A stretch of DNA of 52,888 nucleotides from an uncultured Nitrososphaeraceae archaeon (GCA_963825865.1 CAWGVG010000054.1:1-52888); one strand, 5' to 3'. Counted from the stretch's first letter, positions 1 through 12,227 are shown. Program-made: numbers and translations. The notes: generated by a model from the sequence alone, not told the origin.

Positions 1-1073
1 TCCCGGGCTGGGGCGACCACGTCTTCCTGGCTGGCCTTCAAAGCACGCAGCGCGGCGGTGTACTTGCCGTAGGCATCGCGCACTTCGTGTTCGACATTCA
101 ATTCGGTAGCTCGCACTTTCTGTTGCGCCTGAGCCAGGCGCCCGGCGAGCGCGGTAGCTCTCCTTTCGGCGATTGAAGATCGGCAGCGGAAAGTCAACGG
201 CAATACCAACAAATCGCTCCGTATTTTGCTCATGTCCGCCAAAAGCCTCGATTGTTGGATTTGGCAGCGCCAGCCTATATTCAATTTCATTTCGGCCTGG
301 ACTCTCCTGGTTTCCGTCTGCGCAGCTTTCAGATCGGCTCGATTTGCCTTGGCTTGGTCTAACAACTTTCTCCATATCGGTGTGCAGAGGCTGGCCTTCA
401 GTTCGCAGGCCGGCTCTGGTTCCGCGCCAACCGCGTTGCCCAGTAGCCGCCCGAGGCTGGAGCATTCGAGTCGGTATGTTTGCGGCGCCGTCGATCGGCG
501 CCCCCTGCGGCTTTCGCCGTATCGGACGCGCGCGAGATTGAAGTCGATCTGTCCAATTTCGCCCGCGTCGAAACGAGTGCGCGCCGCGTCGGCCAACTTG
601 TGGTTCAGTACCTCGAGCTCGGTGAGAAGGCTGGAGCGCTTACGCGCGCAGGAGCGCTTCGTAAAAGGTCATCTTGACAGCGGCGGTCAGCAGCCTGACT
701 TCATTCCGAACCTCGGCCTCTGTTCGTTGATAACCGAGCTTTGCCGACTGCTGCCTGAGAGCGCGCTGTCCGAAGACTTCCAGTTCCTCAAAAAGGTCGG
801 CACACCGAATCCTGCCGAATTCGATTTTCCGGACCGAGTCCGATAGTCGAAGCCGCTCAGGGAACTGCGGATTGAACTGGCTTAGATATTGGGCGCGTTG
901 AATGTCGCCGCGTGCAACTAATAGTTCGTTCGCCGCAGCCGCGGGATCCGGGTTCTTTTCAGAGTGCTATCGCTATGGCTTGATCCAGCGTTACTTCTGC
1001 CGCGACCAAGTTCGGCTGATCCCAGATGAAATGGCAATCGCTACCACGCTAGGATCCATAAGCATTTGACCAT
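1..1073 (-). CDS. TolC/CzcC-type outer-membrane efflux protein, 3' end beyond window, frameshifted
   Basis: Manual minus-strand translation: ELEVFGQRALRQQSAKLGYQRTEAEVRNEVRLLTAAVKMTFYEAL ... VGIAVDFPLPIFNRR ... EHEVRDAYGKYTAALRAL; the PLPIFNR motif is typical of the family. Candidate ATG at 1073. Confidence 0.75.
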
Positions 1074-1726
1074 TCTCGATCCGGTTCCGCATTCAAAAAA
1101 ATGTGATAGGGCGAGATTTGTCGGCTTTAAGCGCACAATTCGTACCAGACAACAATGCTCAATGTCTGTTGATATAGCTGCTGCGGCTGGGACCCAGCCA
1201 CCTCCGAGCGAGGCCCATTTTGCTACAGGGCTTTTATTCGGTGGGGCGAAATTCCTAGCGGGCTGGGGCCGCCGAACGGGCACGTCAGGAGCTGTCAGTG
1301 CAATTAGTCTTAGGCCATCGTCTTGGCACGGTAAAAAGCTGGGGGCGGCAGAATAGAGCCTGTGTATGCGAGAGCGCGCGAGTTGTGCGCGCAAGTCCGC
1401 GACCCCGCGCTATGTCTCTTGCAAAGTTGGTTTGAAATTTATGCAGCGCCAGCGCAAAAGAGTAACTTCTGCGGAATTTGACGTCTGCGGCATCTCGCGC
1501 GGGTTTACGACATCAAAACCCTTTTGTCGGATATGGTTTCCGACGGGTTACTGGAAGATTCCGGCTCTGATTTTTTTTTGATGCAGCAATGCGGCACATG
1601 CCTTGCTCCAGATTAGCGCATTCCCGTAACCAGGCTGGACAACTGGCCCGGCTAAGCGAGTGAAATTCACTCGCCACGGGACAGGCCCCATTTTATCGAC
1701 GGGCCGCCAATTTGGAGGAGAACTAT

Positions 1727-1885
1727 ATGCTTTATTGGGCAGTTGTTTGTCTCGTGATCGCAATCGTCGCTGGCGTGCTTGGATTTGGCGGAGTCGCCGG
1801 AACTGCGACTGATATGGCGCGAATACTCTTCGTCGTCTTCCTGATTCTTTTTATCGTGAGTTTGGTTATGCGAAGGCCGGTCTGA
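1727..1885 (+). CDS. ytjA: DUF1328/UPF0391 small membrane protein (52 aa, not in ORF track)
   Basis: GGAGGAG RBS then [52 protein letters not shown]. Confidence 0.9.
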   Translation: MLYWAVVCLVIAIVAGVLGFGGVAGTATDMARILFVVFLILFIVSLVMRRPV

Positions 1886-1919
1886 CGATTTCGGACACGT
1901 TTACATAGCGCATAAAACG

Positions 1920-2211
1920 ATGCGCGAGAAGGGGTTTGGCAATGGACAAGACAATTTAAGCAATGCAGCGAACGAGACCTACGAGAGCGCGAAGGATATG
2001 GGGCGCGAGGCGATGGATAAGGGCCGCGAAGCGATTGACAGCGGATATGATACCGCCCGCGAATACGTGTCCAAAGGAAGCGAGTTTTTACGCGGGGGAT
2101 GTCTCTGACAGCCTGACCGAGTTCGTCCAACGCCAGCCGTGGCTTGCGCTCGCGGGAGCCTTCGTCATCGGTTACGTCGCCGCGAAAGCGCTCAGGCAGG
2201 TGTCGCTTTAA
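1920..2211 (+). CDS. ElaB/YqjD (DUF883)-like tail-anchored protein, one frameshift
   Basis: Repetitive helical N-terminus (ORF 1920-2108) joins C-terminal FVQRQPWLALAGAFVIGYVAAKALR (ORF 1963-2211). Confidence 0.7.
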
Positions 2212-2448
2212 TCCGGCGAAGGTACGGCGAGTGCATACAAGTGAATCGCGGCCTTTGACCGATCTCAAGCGGTGTCCGATGGGCGTTGCAGGAAGCGACG
2301 CTGCATGCACTCACGTTGTCCGCCGGGGCGGGGTTCCTGTTCGGCGGCGGATTGCGCAGCCGCATGGGCCTGCGCGCTTGGCATGTTTATCGGGCGAAGT
2401 TTCGCCGGCACGGCGCTGATGAATGCGATCGAGGCCATTCGGAATACG

Positions 2449-2710
2449 ATGGGAAGCAACGTCGGGCGGATCAAAGACGAGCTGGAAGAGGCTCGGCAAA
2501 GCCTGCATCAGACCGTGAACGAGGTCAATCGAAAGGTTGAGCAAAAGGTTGAGACGGTCAGTACGCAGCTACAGCCTGCCCATCTGGTGGCACGCCGAGC
2601 CGCTCTATAGGGCGTGCATAGCTGGTGCGCTCGGCTTTGCATGGGTCATCACGACAATACACAGATGGCTGTCCTGATACTCGGTGGATTGTTCGGAGCG
2701 GCATGAGTGA
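2449..2710 (+). CDS. DUF3618-like small protein, frameshifted
   Basis: RIKDELEEARQSLHQTVNEVNRKV followed by a hydrophobic tail after a shift; typical neighbour of DUF883/holin-like genes. Confidence 0.45.
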
Positions 2711-2721
2711 GGCATGGACCG

Positions 2722-3136
2722 ATGGATCCTGTAGCCGGGACACGACCGCATCAGCGTAACCTGGAGGCCCCGGACAGCGAGAAGGGGAGCCGGAATGGTC
2801 CACGTTGCTGGGTCGGATGCTTGAGGGGATTCTCTCGCGGATCATCCGACTTGAACTCCAGCTATTGGAGGCGAGGGTCACTCCTTCGATCACGGGAATT
2901 GCCGATCGCGCGATCGCTGCACTGGTGATGCTGTTCGCCGGGGTTATGGCTGGTGCCTGCTTCCTGGGGGCGCTTATTCTGCTGCTTCATCAATGGATGA
3001 AATGGTGGGAATCTTTGCTGTTGGTGGCGGGGTTGCGCTGATATGCGGCTTCATAGCGTATTCAATTATCAAGCGTCCGCCGTCGACAGTTGCTGAAGCG
3101 AAGACTGCTGCGTCCGCCGTTGCGTCCCGCGTGTAG
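2722..3136 (+). CDS. Phage-holin-family/DUF1469-like two-TM membrane protein, frameshifted
   Basis: SRIIRLELQLLEA helix then two hydrophobic segments (ORF 2805-3041); gene context. Confidence 0.6.
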
Positions 3137-3935
3137 AATTAGTGCCGGGAAGAATAAATGGCGTCTCATCCTCTCGCGCAAATTTTGTCCCCTGTCCTTG
3201 CTGAAAAATGCCGCTGAACGCGTCCTCCGCAATTACGTATACGAGCTATCCGAGCCCGCCCGCGCTCCGACTGCACGGTTCTCCGTTGGCGCTGGAGGTT
3301 CGCGTCAGTGGCATGACATCGAAGACAACCCCAAGAAGCCGCTTACCGGCGCGAATCTTTTCTCACTACTTTAGAGAACCTATTCGGGGGAAAAGGAAAA
3401 GAGGCAAGAAAAAGAAGCGGCACACACAGAGCTTAAACGTCGAATCGGAAGTGCTAGGCAAGCTCGGCGAATTGTCCGTCCGCGACGACAATAGGTGCTG
3501 GAGCAGGGGATCAAGGCCCGGTTGACCGGTTGACCGAAAACGAGGAGGTGTCGATTCATGACTCCATCCCGCTGCTCGCCAGAGGGTCATGGAAAGCGAA
3601 TCCGGCTGGTTGGATTGCGCAGAATCAAAGTGAATGACCTACCAAGCTTAAGTTGACTGAATTCGGCCGCTGAATGCGGGGCAAGGATCTTCTCCGACGC
3701 GAGGTGAATTCGAACTCTCAGGCGACTTTTGTAAACCGTCAGTAAGGCATCCGAAAGCGTCAAGTCAGTCTTGGCCTGACCCCGATTGGTGGTCCAACTT
3801 CTCAGAGAGAGCTGGACGATCAGAAAGGCCTGAAAATGGGAACGCGTGTGACTTTGCGCGAAGCCGATCGAGTTTTTCGAAGACTGGATGGCGGATGTCG
3901 AGTCTGGAGGCGGACCCGTTTCTGGTCGACTGTTA

Positions 3936-4110
3936 AACAGGGAAAATACAGGGATCGTTTTGAGCCATTTTTCGCGTAATCGCTGCTACAAAAACATCGT
4001 AGATCTGAGGGTTTATAGAGAAGTTCCCTACTAGCGGTAACAGGGAATTTTGAAACGGGTATCAGGGAATTTTTCTATGGGATCAGGGAATTTGTTAAGC
4101 GCAGCAGGGG
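3936..4110 (+). repeat. CAGGGA(ATTT) direct-repeat array
   Basis: CAGGGAATTT at 4041, 4063, 4084 and CAGGGG at 4105 (22/21/21 bp spacing); CAGGGA also at 3938 and 3949. Confidence 0.8.
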
Positions 4111-4399
4111 GGTCGACGAAATTCCATAGGTTCGTGTTCCTGGGGAAAGCAGTAACCAGCACGATCGGGCTGTTGGCGACCACGATGTCGGTATTCGCGG
4201 GGTCGTTGCCAAACCCAGTACATCGTCGGATTTGCTGGCTCGACCCCAAGCGCGCATTTCTCCCAGGCCGCGCCACCGTCGATGGTGCGCTGAATCGCTC
4301 CGCGCTTGCCCAAGGCGAGTTTCGCAGATCTTGATGAACTAGAGATAGCTCTGCGGAATCATCGCCAACACTCGGGATCGCTGGCCGATTATCGTTAGG

Positions 4400-4833
4400 A
4401 AGTTCCAAAAGTGAACTGGGCTGGCGATCAGCTCGCGCCTGACCCGAGGCCACGGCAGGTCAAAGCCGAGCGCGGCGCTGGAGATGGTCGAGGAGATCCC
4501 GGGTTTTGGGGCGTTTACTTTGAGAAGCGGATAAGGGCCTACGACCGCAAGGAGTTCGTGCGCGAGCTGCGGGATCACAAACGTCCCCCCCGCATATCGC
4601 GCAGAAGCCAGTGGAACGCGGTTGACCGGCGCACCAGCCGCCAGGCCGGCTATACCATCAGCCAGACCAGGCGCAAGCGGGTTGAGGAGATCCTCGGCTG
4701 GCCTCAAAGCCGTGGACGGGCTGCGCAAGACCCGCCATCGGGGAGTGAAACGGGTGGACTCGATGTTTACCCTGGCGCCTGGCCGCGTTACAACCTGGTG
4801 CGGATGCGCAACTTATTGCCCGCGTCGGCATAA
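4400..4833 (+). pseudogene. IS5-family transposase C-terminal remnant
   Basis: Mosaic of frames: AYDRKEFVRELR...VDRRTSRQAGYTISQTRRKRVEEILGW / LKAVDGLRKTRHRG / YNLVRMRNLL. Confidence 0.8.
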
Positions 4834-4997
4834 ATCGACCGGCAGGTGCGTGTGGTGATCCCGAGTGACGCCGTGAACACCCCCTTAGCGGACAACCAAC
4901 CATCCCTGCTGCCTGCCACTGAACGCCCACAAATCAAATCTCAGTAGACACCCTACTTGCTATCCGAGTTTTTCGTACCAGTTAGAGCAAGAGCTCC

Positions 4998-6406
4998 TCA
5001 ACCGACCAGACTGCCTCCGAGCCGCCGATCAATCCAGTTTAAGAATTGGGAAAGGCTATCGACCTGATCGTCGTTACGTCCATGGGGAAACTGGAGCAGT
5101 TCGGCCTGGAGATCGCCAAGCCACGGTGCCTGATTCAGCGAGTCGACTTGGCCTGCCTCAATCTTGGCCGATCGAGCACTCATCCGCGTTATTTTATCGC
5201 CTTCGGGGAGAATACCGATCGGGTCGGGATACCTGAGGTATCCTCCTGGCTGATGTCCTGGACGAGCGGTGTCCCGGAACCCTTGTCTTCGATCAGCACG
5301 GAGCTGGCGTTGTGTATGCTCGCGTGATCGATCACACGCCGCTTCAGACTGGGGTAGTCCAGCTTTTCGCGTAACACGTCAAACAGGTAGTAGCGGTTCT
5401 CCTGCACCAGCCAGCTCGTGCATACGGAATAGTCGTTGAGCTCGTTTGCCTTCGATGCCGTGTCCCAACTTTGTATGATGCGATCATTGGGTACCCGCTG
5501 CGGGCACGCATCGAAAAATTGAAACCAGTTCCACTTGATGATCTCGCCCTCCAGCGGAACTGGGCGCTGCTGGTATTGAGCATGATAGTTAAAGCTACCG
5601 AGCGTCACCTTGAGCCTTTCGAGAACCTCTCGTGGTTCACGCTCCTCGTGAAGAAGGTCTCCCACCTTGCGCGTATGAAACTGACCGTCTCCGATCTGAA
5701 TCCGCTGTTCGCTGTCTGCGATGGCGGGCGAATTGAGATAGGTCCAGGGCTCCCGCGGCATCACATAGCCGGCTAGGTCGTCGATGTGGAGACGCTGCAT
5801 GATCAGGATGATGACGTCGTCACGCTTGCTGTCCAAGCGCGAGTAAAGGGTGCTGTCAAACCAATCGTTGACTGCGGAGCGCTTCGCTTCCGACATTGCC
5901 CCTTCCGGGTTGATTGGATCGTCGACGATAATGAGGTTTCCGCCCCGTCCCGTCAGGGTGCCGCCCACCGAGGTCGAATAGCGGTAGCCCTGGCGCGTCG
6001 TCGCGTCATTCAGCTCCGTATTCTTGTCGCGGGCGATCCTGGTGCCAGGGAAAACACTCCGGTACCAGTCGGATTCCATAACGGTCCGGCAATCTCCTGC
6101 GTGCTTACCGGCCAGATTCTCGGAATAGCTGGCGCAAATGATCCGCTTTGACGGATCCAGACCCAAAACCCACGCCGGAAACGCGACCGAAGCGCAGATG
6201 GATTTTCCGTGGCGAGGTGGAAGCGTAATCACCAGGCGTTTGATGACGCCAATCGCGCATTGCTCCAAGTGCCACGCCATCGCGTCAATATGCCAGTTAT
6301 AAAGATAAGGCTGTGCGGGCGCGACCGTCTGAAATGTTCGATGAATAAACGTCGACAGATCGGTGCGGAGCCTGAGCCGAATGAGCTGGCGCTCGAGCGC
6401 ACTCAT
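4998..6406 (-). CDS. terL: Phage terminase large subunit (C-terminus frameshifted into ORF 4998-5183)
   Basis: Walker A PPRHGKS, Walker B IIVDDP, IMQRLH, SWDTA, IEDKGSG and terminal FPHGRNDDQVDSLSQ. Confidence 0.92.
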
Positions 6407-6861
6407 GACTGGTTCCCGCTGTCATCCGGAAGCGCGTCCGGTTTCGTCGAAGACTCAGCTTTCCGCTGACGGCGAGCGTCAATGACGACCAGAAGTGCTT
6501 GCTCGTTGGCATCGAGCGGCTGCTCGACATCGGCGGCCATGTCCGCGAAATCAAGTACTCGGAAGATCGTGGTTAGAAGTGCAGTGGCACTGCGTGCGTC
6601 TCCTTTGAGGGTCTTCGCAACCAGAGTCTTAACGATCGCGCGCTGCTTTGACATCCTGACTTTACGGTCGCCTTCAGTGACTGTGATCCGCTCCTGCAAG
6701 ACCTCGGTCAAATCGGTACGCAAGTTTTTCGTTCCCTTCGGGCGGCCCTTGGCATTTCCGGAGCTACCCTTTCTAAACCGGCTGTGCACCGGCGGCTTCC
6801 CGAAGCCCACTTCACCATCGTTTCCCATCTTCCCTTCCCCTTCCATCCGCCGTGATTCCAT
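6403..6861 (-). CDS. DUF5681 protein (putative small terminase)
   Basis: VGFGKPPVHSRFRKGSSGNAKGRPKG signature; overlaps terL start by 4 bp. Confidence 0.85.
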   Translation of the reverse strand: MESRRMEGEGKMGNDGEVGFGKPPVHSRFRKGSSGNAKGRPKGTKNLRTDLTEVLQERITVTEGDRKVRMSKQRAIVKTLVAKTLKGDARSATALLTTIFRVLDFADMAADVEQPLDANEQALLVVIDARRQRKAESSTKPDALPDDSGNQS

Positions 6862-6865
6862 ACTC

Positions 6866-7108
6866 TTAGAGTTCCTTCTCGGCGCGCGCGGTTTGTGTCT
6901 CTGCGAAGGTGGCGCCGGTGGCAGCGTGGTTTGCGGTTTTGCCCGTAAGCTTCTGGTACCGCTGGATCGTTACATCGACGTACGCCGGGTCGAGTTCCAT
7001 CAGGTATCCTTGCCTGCCAGTCTTTTCCGCTGCTAATAGAGTCGTTCCACTGCCACCAAAGCAGTCGAGCACTATTCCTTGCCTTTTCGGCAGTCAAGAA
7101 TCACATCC
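6866..7108 (-). CDS. DNA N4/N6 methyltransferase, C-terminal part only (cut at junction)
   Basis: DVILDC..GIVLDCFGGSGTTLLAAEKTGRQGYLMELDPAYVD SAM-binding motif. Confidence 0.88.
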
Positions 7109-7120
7109 TCATGCTTCTTT
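7100..7120. other. Bacterial/archaeal junction (probable chimera)
   Basis: Abrupt GC-rich to AT-rich switch; the methylase lacks its 5' part and the integrase lacks its 3' part. Confidence 0.85.
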
Positions 7121-7741
7121 TCCTAAACTCGAAATACTCGTCTAATGCGGCTATACATTCAGGTGTTAATAGAGCATGTATCTAGAATTTTTAGACTGTG
7201 GATAGATACTTAGAATACCAATATTATTTCTTGCAATTTCTTGAGATGCTTTATCCTCAAATCTTTGATAACTCCTACTCTTATTCCAGTAGATGACATC
7301 AGCAAAATAAGTCAGCAATCTCTAGATGAGCTTCAGACAAGAGTTTTGCAATTTCGTCTCGAGTGTATGCTCTTAAATTATTAGTAACTTGTTCAGGACA
7401 ATATTTTACAATCTTTTTCCAGTTTAGCATTATTTCATTAAATTCAAGGAAAGATTGTATACCACATAAATAATTTTTAATAGAGTTTACAGATATTTCA
7501 CCTCGCTTTGCTTTACCAACAAATTGTTTTGCAATCTTTTTGAGGTGTATAATATAGTCAAGAACCATAGTCTTTATTTGTTCTGGTTTTAATTGAATTA
7601 AAGAGTCAGGGTCTATGTTATGATATTTGCAAAATAATGAAATGTGAACCTTATATACCTTCTTTGTAGCTTGGGAATTATATCCTTCAAGCCATATTTT
7701 GCAAGAGTTATAGCTTTCCAATTCTATCTTGGCGAAACCAT
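7110..7741 (-). CDS. Tyrosine recombinase/integrase, C-terminally cut, frameshifted
   Basis: ORF 7299-7721 (SAM-like domain, RAYTRDEIAKLL) continues as LILLMSSTGIRVG...LLTPECIAALDEYFEFRKR. Confidence 0.85.
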
Positions 7742-8120
7742 AGTTTGTCTTTGGGGCGGTAGCAATGGTAGTAGTGGTGGTGATAGGGGTGGTACCTCAT
7801 AATAGCAGTCATCCTATATTTAGGAGTCCCCAGCTATTAATCATACTAAAAGGTTTAGTTATTGACCCCTAACTAACTGTTCCAAGACCTTGTTTCCAGC
7901 CATTCTATTCTATTTAGTTCCCACTTTCAAGTAAAATCTTCCAACTTTTCCCTACCGAAGTATTGTCTTCTAGATTCATGCTTATATGATCATACAACTC
8001 GATACTTTTTACCTTCAATGATTCTTTAGCGAAATCTGCTTTATATGTTATCTAATGCAGAGATTATACACTATCGCTGTACCGGTTATTGTATTCTACT
8101 ATACTTGTTTTGCAAGAGTT

Positions 8121-8393
8121 TTATTTTGATGAATTTGTTGGTGGTAGTGTTGCATTTGTTATTGGTGTTGCTCTTCCAGCTAATAAGGTATTATTAACAT
8201 CTATTGTTGGGATTGTTATGTTTCTTCCCATTATTCCTGTGACATTACTTGTTGTTGCCGTATTCGACATTGATACTTTTGGTGATGGCCTCATCTATGC
8301 AAACATTGGCTGTAGATCACCTACTACATATGTAAAAATTATTAACCCAATGGCTAGAGATAATGCAAATACTATGGAATTTTTTATTATCAT
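8121..8393 (-). pseudogene. Secreted Ser/Thr/Asn-rich small protein with in-frame TAG
   Basis: MIIKNSIVFALSLAIGLIIFTYVVGDLQPMFA*MRPSPKVSMSNTATTSNVTG...; TAG at 8295-8297 directly after a signal peptide. Confidence 0.55.
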
Positions 8394-8871
8394 CAATATA
8401 ATAGATGTACACAAATAAATTTTAATATTTCATCTTTAAATCCTTTAGACTTTAGAGATTCACCTACTGTTTTATCTGAATTACTTGTGGCAAGCACAAT
8501 CAATGAATTCTTGTTGACATGGACATTCTTTGTTTTGCCTATATTCAATACCAAACATAATGCCGAATTTGTTGCAGATTACAGGTTCTCAGACAAACCT
8601 TAGCAGTCAGATAATGTTGTTATGATTCATCTCTTCTACTATAACCATATCAATATCCCATCCGCCGTTATAGAATGTAGGGCGGTTGGGTTTCATATGC
8701 TCAATACAGAATGTCATACTGGTCTTTTATTCCATATATTGATTGTCACTATTATTAGCATAAAACAGCCAAATATTTGTCCTCAACGTTTGAGCATCTA
8801 ATACAACGAATACGTTACCATTATTTTCGCGGCAGCCTATTGTTTTAGAACTATTTTATAGTCATATTTGA

Positions 8872-9849
8872 TTATACAGTTCGCATCATTATTCTGAAAT
8901 TTACCAATCCTGAAACAATGTCAGAAGCATGATCATATCTTCCAAGCTTATTTCTAAATTTAGTACCCATTATTCCAAACTTTTTAATCCTGCTTACAGT
9001 ATGCTCAACTATTACCCTTAGTTTGGAATGCTTTCTATTGTGTATTTTTTCTCCATCTGACAGTTCACTTTTCCTTTTCTTTCTAAATGGCAGTACGGAC
9101 TTTACAGTGGGAAAATCATTCTGAACTCCCATATATCCAAGGTCAAAAACATTTTCAACTTGCAGCGGAGTTGTAGGATGTTTATTTTTGAAAATATCAT
9201 AATCATGTTTTCTTCCTTTCTTATGTTCTGTCTTATGGAGTATCAAACCCTCACTGTTTACCATATATTGTATCTTTACAGTATGTTTCTTCCTTTTTCC
9301 CGAGTAGTAGCTCTTCCTTCTCCTTTTGTTCTTTGGTCTTGGTATCTCTTGTTCGGAAGAGTCTATAAAAGCCTTGAAACCTGGAAAGTACTCTTCTACT
9401 TAATCTATAGTCCTAAGCCTTCTTGTACGTTTATACAATTTCTTTGGCAATGGGATACACAGTTTGACAAGTGGTTCTATTATGGATATATCCCTACAAA
9501 CATTGCTCTGGTCAAGATCAATAGAAATCCTGAAAGCGTGTATGTAATGTACAGTCTGTAATAGACTAAAAGCATCAAAAATCTTTCTCTGACTTTCAGT
9601 TTGAATGGTCTGCCAGCACCTACTTTCCTTTCCCTCTTCGTTCTAGAAAGCCTTTTTCTCTCGTGTTCATTGTACTTTGATTCTATTTCAGTATAGATCT
9701 CATTAAATTCTGATATTTCAAGTCCAGTAAATGATCTAAATAACAAAGGCCTCTTCGATAGTCTAGTATAAGACATCAAGACAGCATCACCCAATGAATG
9801 CTGTACAACGTAAAATATAGCTGTAAGTTTTCAATTACGCAACAGGTCT
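8872..9849 (-). mobile_element. IS5-family (ISL2-type, DDE_Tnp_4) IS copy 1, right end missing
   Basis: TIR AGACCTGTTGCGTAATT ends at 9849; transposase in ORFs 9480-9794 and 8872-9264 (YSGKKK, DLGY, RVIVEH); no right TIR. Confidence 0.9.
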
Positions 9850-10175
9850 ACTGACTATACAATATTAGCAGTAGGCAATGGCAATTGCTTTCCTATGTAT
9901 TTTTCTTTAATTTCTTAGAATCGCAATCCTATGTATAGACATAGTAATATTTGTGTGTATTATGCTTACAATCTTTACAGCATCTTACTTTTTCATATCT
10001 TATCGTGCAATTCTGCGGTAAATTCAGTTTCTCTTTGATCTTTTCTTCCTGTTTCTATATTTCTTTCTAATTCAAAATACTCTGAAGACAGATATCTTGC
10101 AGATTCGAGTTTATTTACGTTTTACATTCATTTTTATTTTTTCTGTTTTGGTCTATAAACAATATAATTTCAATT

Positions 10176-11603
10176 TCACCTACCAAAGAGTAGATATGAG
10201 AATATTCCACCCCAAATTACAGCGATTGTTAGGGAAATCGCATAGACGGTGACTGGAGTCTTTAGGCCAATCTGCTTGAACTTCGAGAACCGAGTATTGA
10301 GTCCTATCGCCAGAAAGGTAAATGAGAAAAACGCCACTCTTAGAGGTTCGGTTCCAAATGAGACTACGGGTGCAACTGCCTTGGCACCAGCCGCAACTGA
10401 AGGATATGTGAGTGCAATAGCTGATAACACCACACTAGTTGCGATATACCCCAAAATGAACTTAGGAAACCTATACCACAAAACTCCTAGCCCTACATTT
10501 GTGTTTGTTTGTTTATTTCTGACTCTGTACGTCCACAGCGTAGCAAGCAAGAACGATATCACACCAATCCATATGTCAATCATTACTTTGGTTATTACCG
10601 CTGAATTTAATGCAGATCCATGCGCCTTTAGAAGGCTATCAACCACAGATGCGCTAACTCATGCTGCTCCATTAGTCTTCACACTCAAGCCCATCCATAC
10701 GCCAGCTGCCTGTGCTATGTGTTGGAAAGAAATACGCTCCAGCGAAAGGCATCAAGACAATCTCTATTGCTGAGAAGATTACAATTATAGAGGAGATCAC
10801 AGTAGAGTAGATGGCAGGAGTTCAATAGGCAGCAACTGTGGCTATGGAGGCAGAAACTCCGCAGACACCAACGCCAGAAGAAAGCGTTGCCAAAATTGCG
10901 GTCAAGTCCCATCTTTCTTGAAATAAGGAAGGCCGTCCGCCAATATACTAGGGGCACTAGTGACAAAAGTTGTGAGCAGAATCTTGGCTCCCAAGAGCAC
11001 TATGGCTATCTTGATGAAGAGCTGGCCTCTAGATGAATCCTTTAACCATGATGGTATTCGTGTCACATTTGCAACCACTATTCCGACTAACAAGGCTATT
11101 ATGTATCCAACCTCTGCACTTCCGATAACCTTTACAACCGGAGCATAGTTACAAAGTATCCAGATAACCCAAGCGACAAAGAATATAACAAAGAAACCTT
11201 TGAACCAATCTTTAGACTTGACTCCATTGAATCTTGTCACTGGTATCAACAGTAGCGCAAGGAAGACAAAGCTTGCGACAAGACCAATCCAAGGGTTGAA
11301 TACCTTTGTTGTCAGCGCCTGACTAATATCCGTCCAGGTCTTTGCTCCAGGAACCCAACCAAGTGTGAGCAAACCAAAGTACGAAGGAAGTGATAAGGCA
11401 AATATTGTCAATCCAATCCAGACGGCCCACCAGTCTTCCTTTTTGTACAGCGACGACCATTTTATAGAAGTAGATTTCTCTGCATAACTACTACTGCTCT
11501 CATGGCTATCCAACGAATCAGAAGGCTGGTTCTTCTTCTTTGTTACTTCTTTTGTGTCGTTGTTTTCATTTCTTTTTCTAAATATCTTCCTTATTGATCC
11601 CAC
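10176..11603 (-). CDS. YeiH/UPF0324 putative sulfate exporter family transporter, frameshifted
   Basis: KEDWWAVWIG, FIKIAIVLLGA, GVCGVSA, KVMIDIWIG, LWYRFPKFILGY, FLAIGL across ORFs 10902-11603, 10715-10966 and 10176-10646. Confidence 0.88.
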
Positions 11604-11647
11604 TTCTATGTATTATTAATTGCTACAAATAGGTAATATAACCAAAT

Positions 11648-11685
11648 CCAAATATGCAACTGAAACATAAAACATGCATATTTGG
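11648..11685. promoter_or_regulatory. Perfect palindromic operator CCAAATATGCA-N16-TGCATATTTGG upstream of the YeiH gene
   Basis: 11 bp perfect inverted repeat; minus-strand TATA (TTATATTA, 11634-11641) 7 bp from the 10 bp half-site. Confidence 0.85.
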
Positions 11686-11902
11686 TATATTATCAAACGT
11701 TTCTCAGAATATCAAGTTTATGATTTCAGTTAGATTATCTAGACTTTCAAAATGGTCCATACCCTACTTGAACCCTTTATGGAAAGGAGTTCACATACGA
11801 CGACGACAACATTGACATCATTTATTTGTAAACATAACATTAAATTGTTTTTTTTATGAAATATGAGCTCCATGAAAGAGGTTGCCGACCTGCTAAAAGA
11901 TG

Positions 11903-12190
11903 CTATGAAAATCTATATGTTTCGGTTGCTGTTAGAAAACATACTCTAGCTTTATTATCTATCTTTTTTATCTCATTATATAATTCGGGACCACTCATCT
12001 TGGGCATGTCTATATCAAGGATCAACATGAGGTACAGGCCAGCTTTCAAATTTTCTAATGCTAACAGGGGATCAGTGAATGTATCGACTTTGAAACCATT
12101 ATCCTCAAGTACTAGTTTCAATGCCAAATTACTATTATCTAATTCATCGTCAACAACTAATATTCTTTTCATTAATAATTGCTGGTCCAT
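11903..12190 (-). CDS. Single-domain response regulator (receiver), C-terminus degenerate
   Basis: RILVVDDE, ILDIDMPKMSG, VCFLTA. Confidence 0.85.
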   Translation of the reverse strand: MDQQLLMKRILVVDDELDNSNLALKLVLEDNGFKVDTFTDPLLALENLKAGLYLMLILDIDMPKMSGPELYNEIKKIDNKARVCFLTATETYRFS

Positions 12191-12227
12191 CAAAAACTGC
12201 TTACTGATTAATTATTTATTATCGATT

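Noticed and set aside
173-846. Plus-strand ORFs at the window start
   Set aside because: Shadows of the minus-strand TolC-type gene.
3884-3925. tRNA-like or att fragment
   Set aside because: Too degenerate to fold or identify; no tRNA or rRNA genes recognised in the window.
8089-8418. Hydrophobic plus-strand ORF
   Set aside because: Antisense of a Thr/Asn-rich secreted gene on the minus strand.
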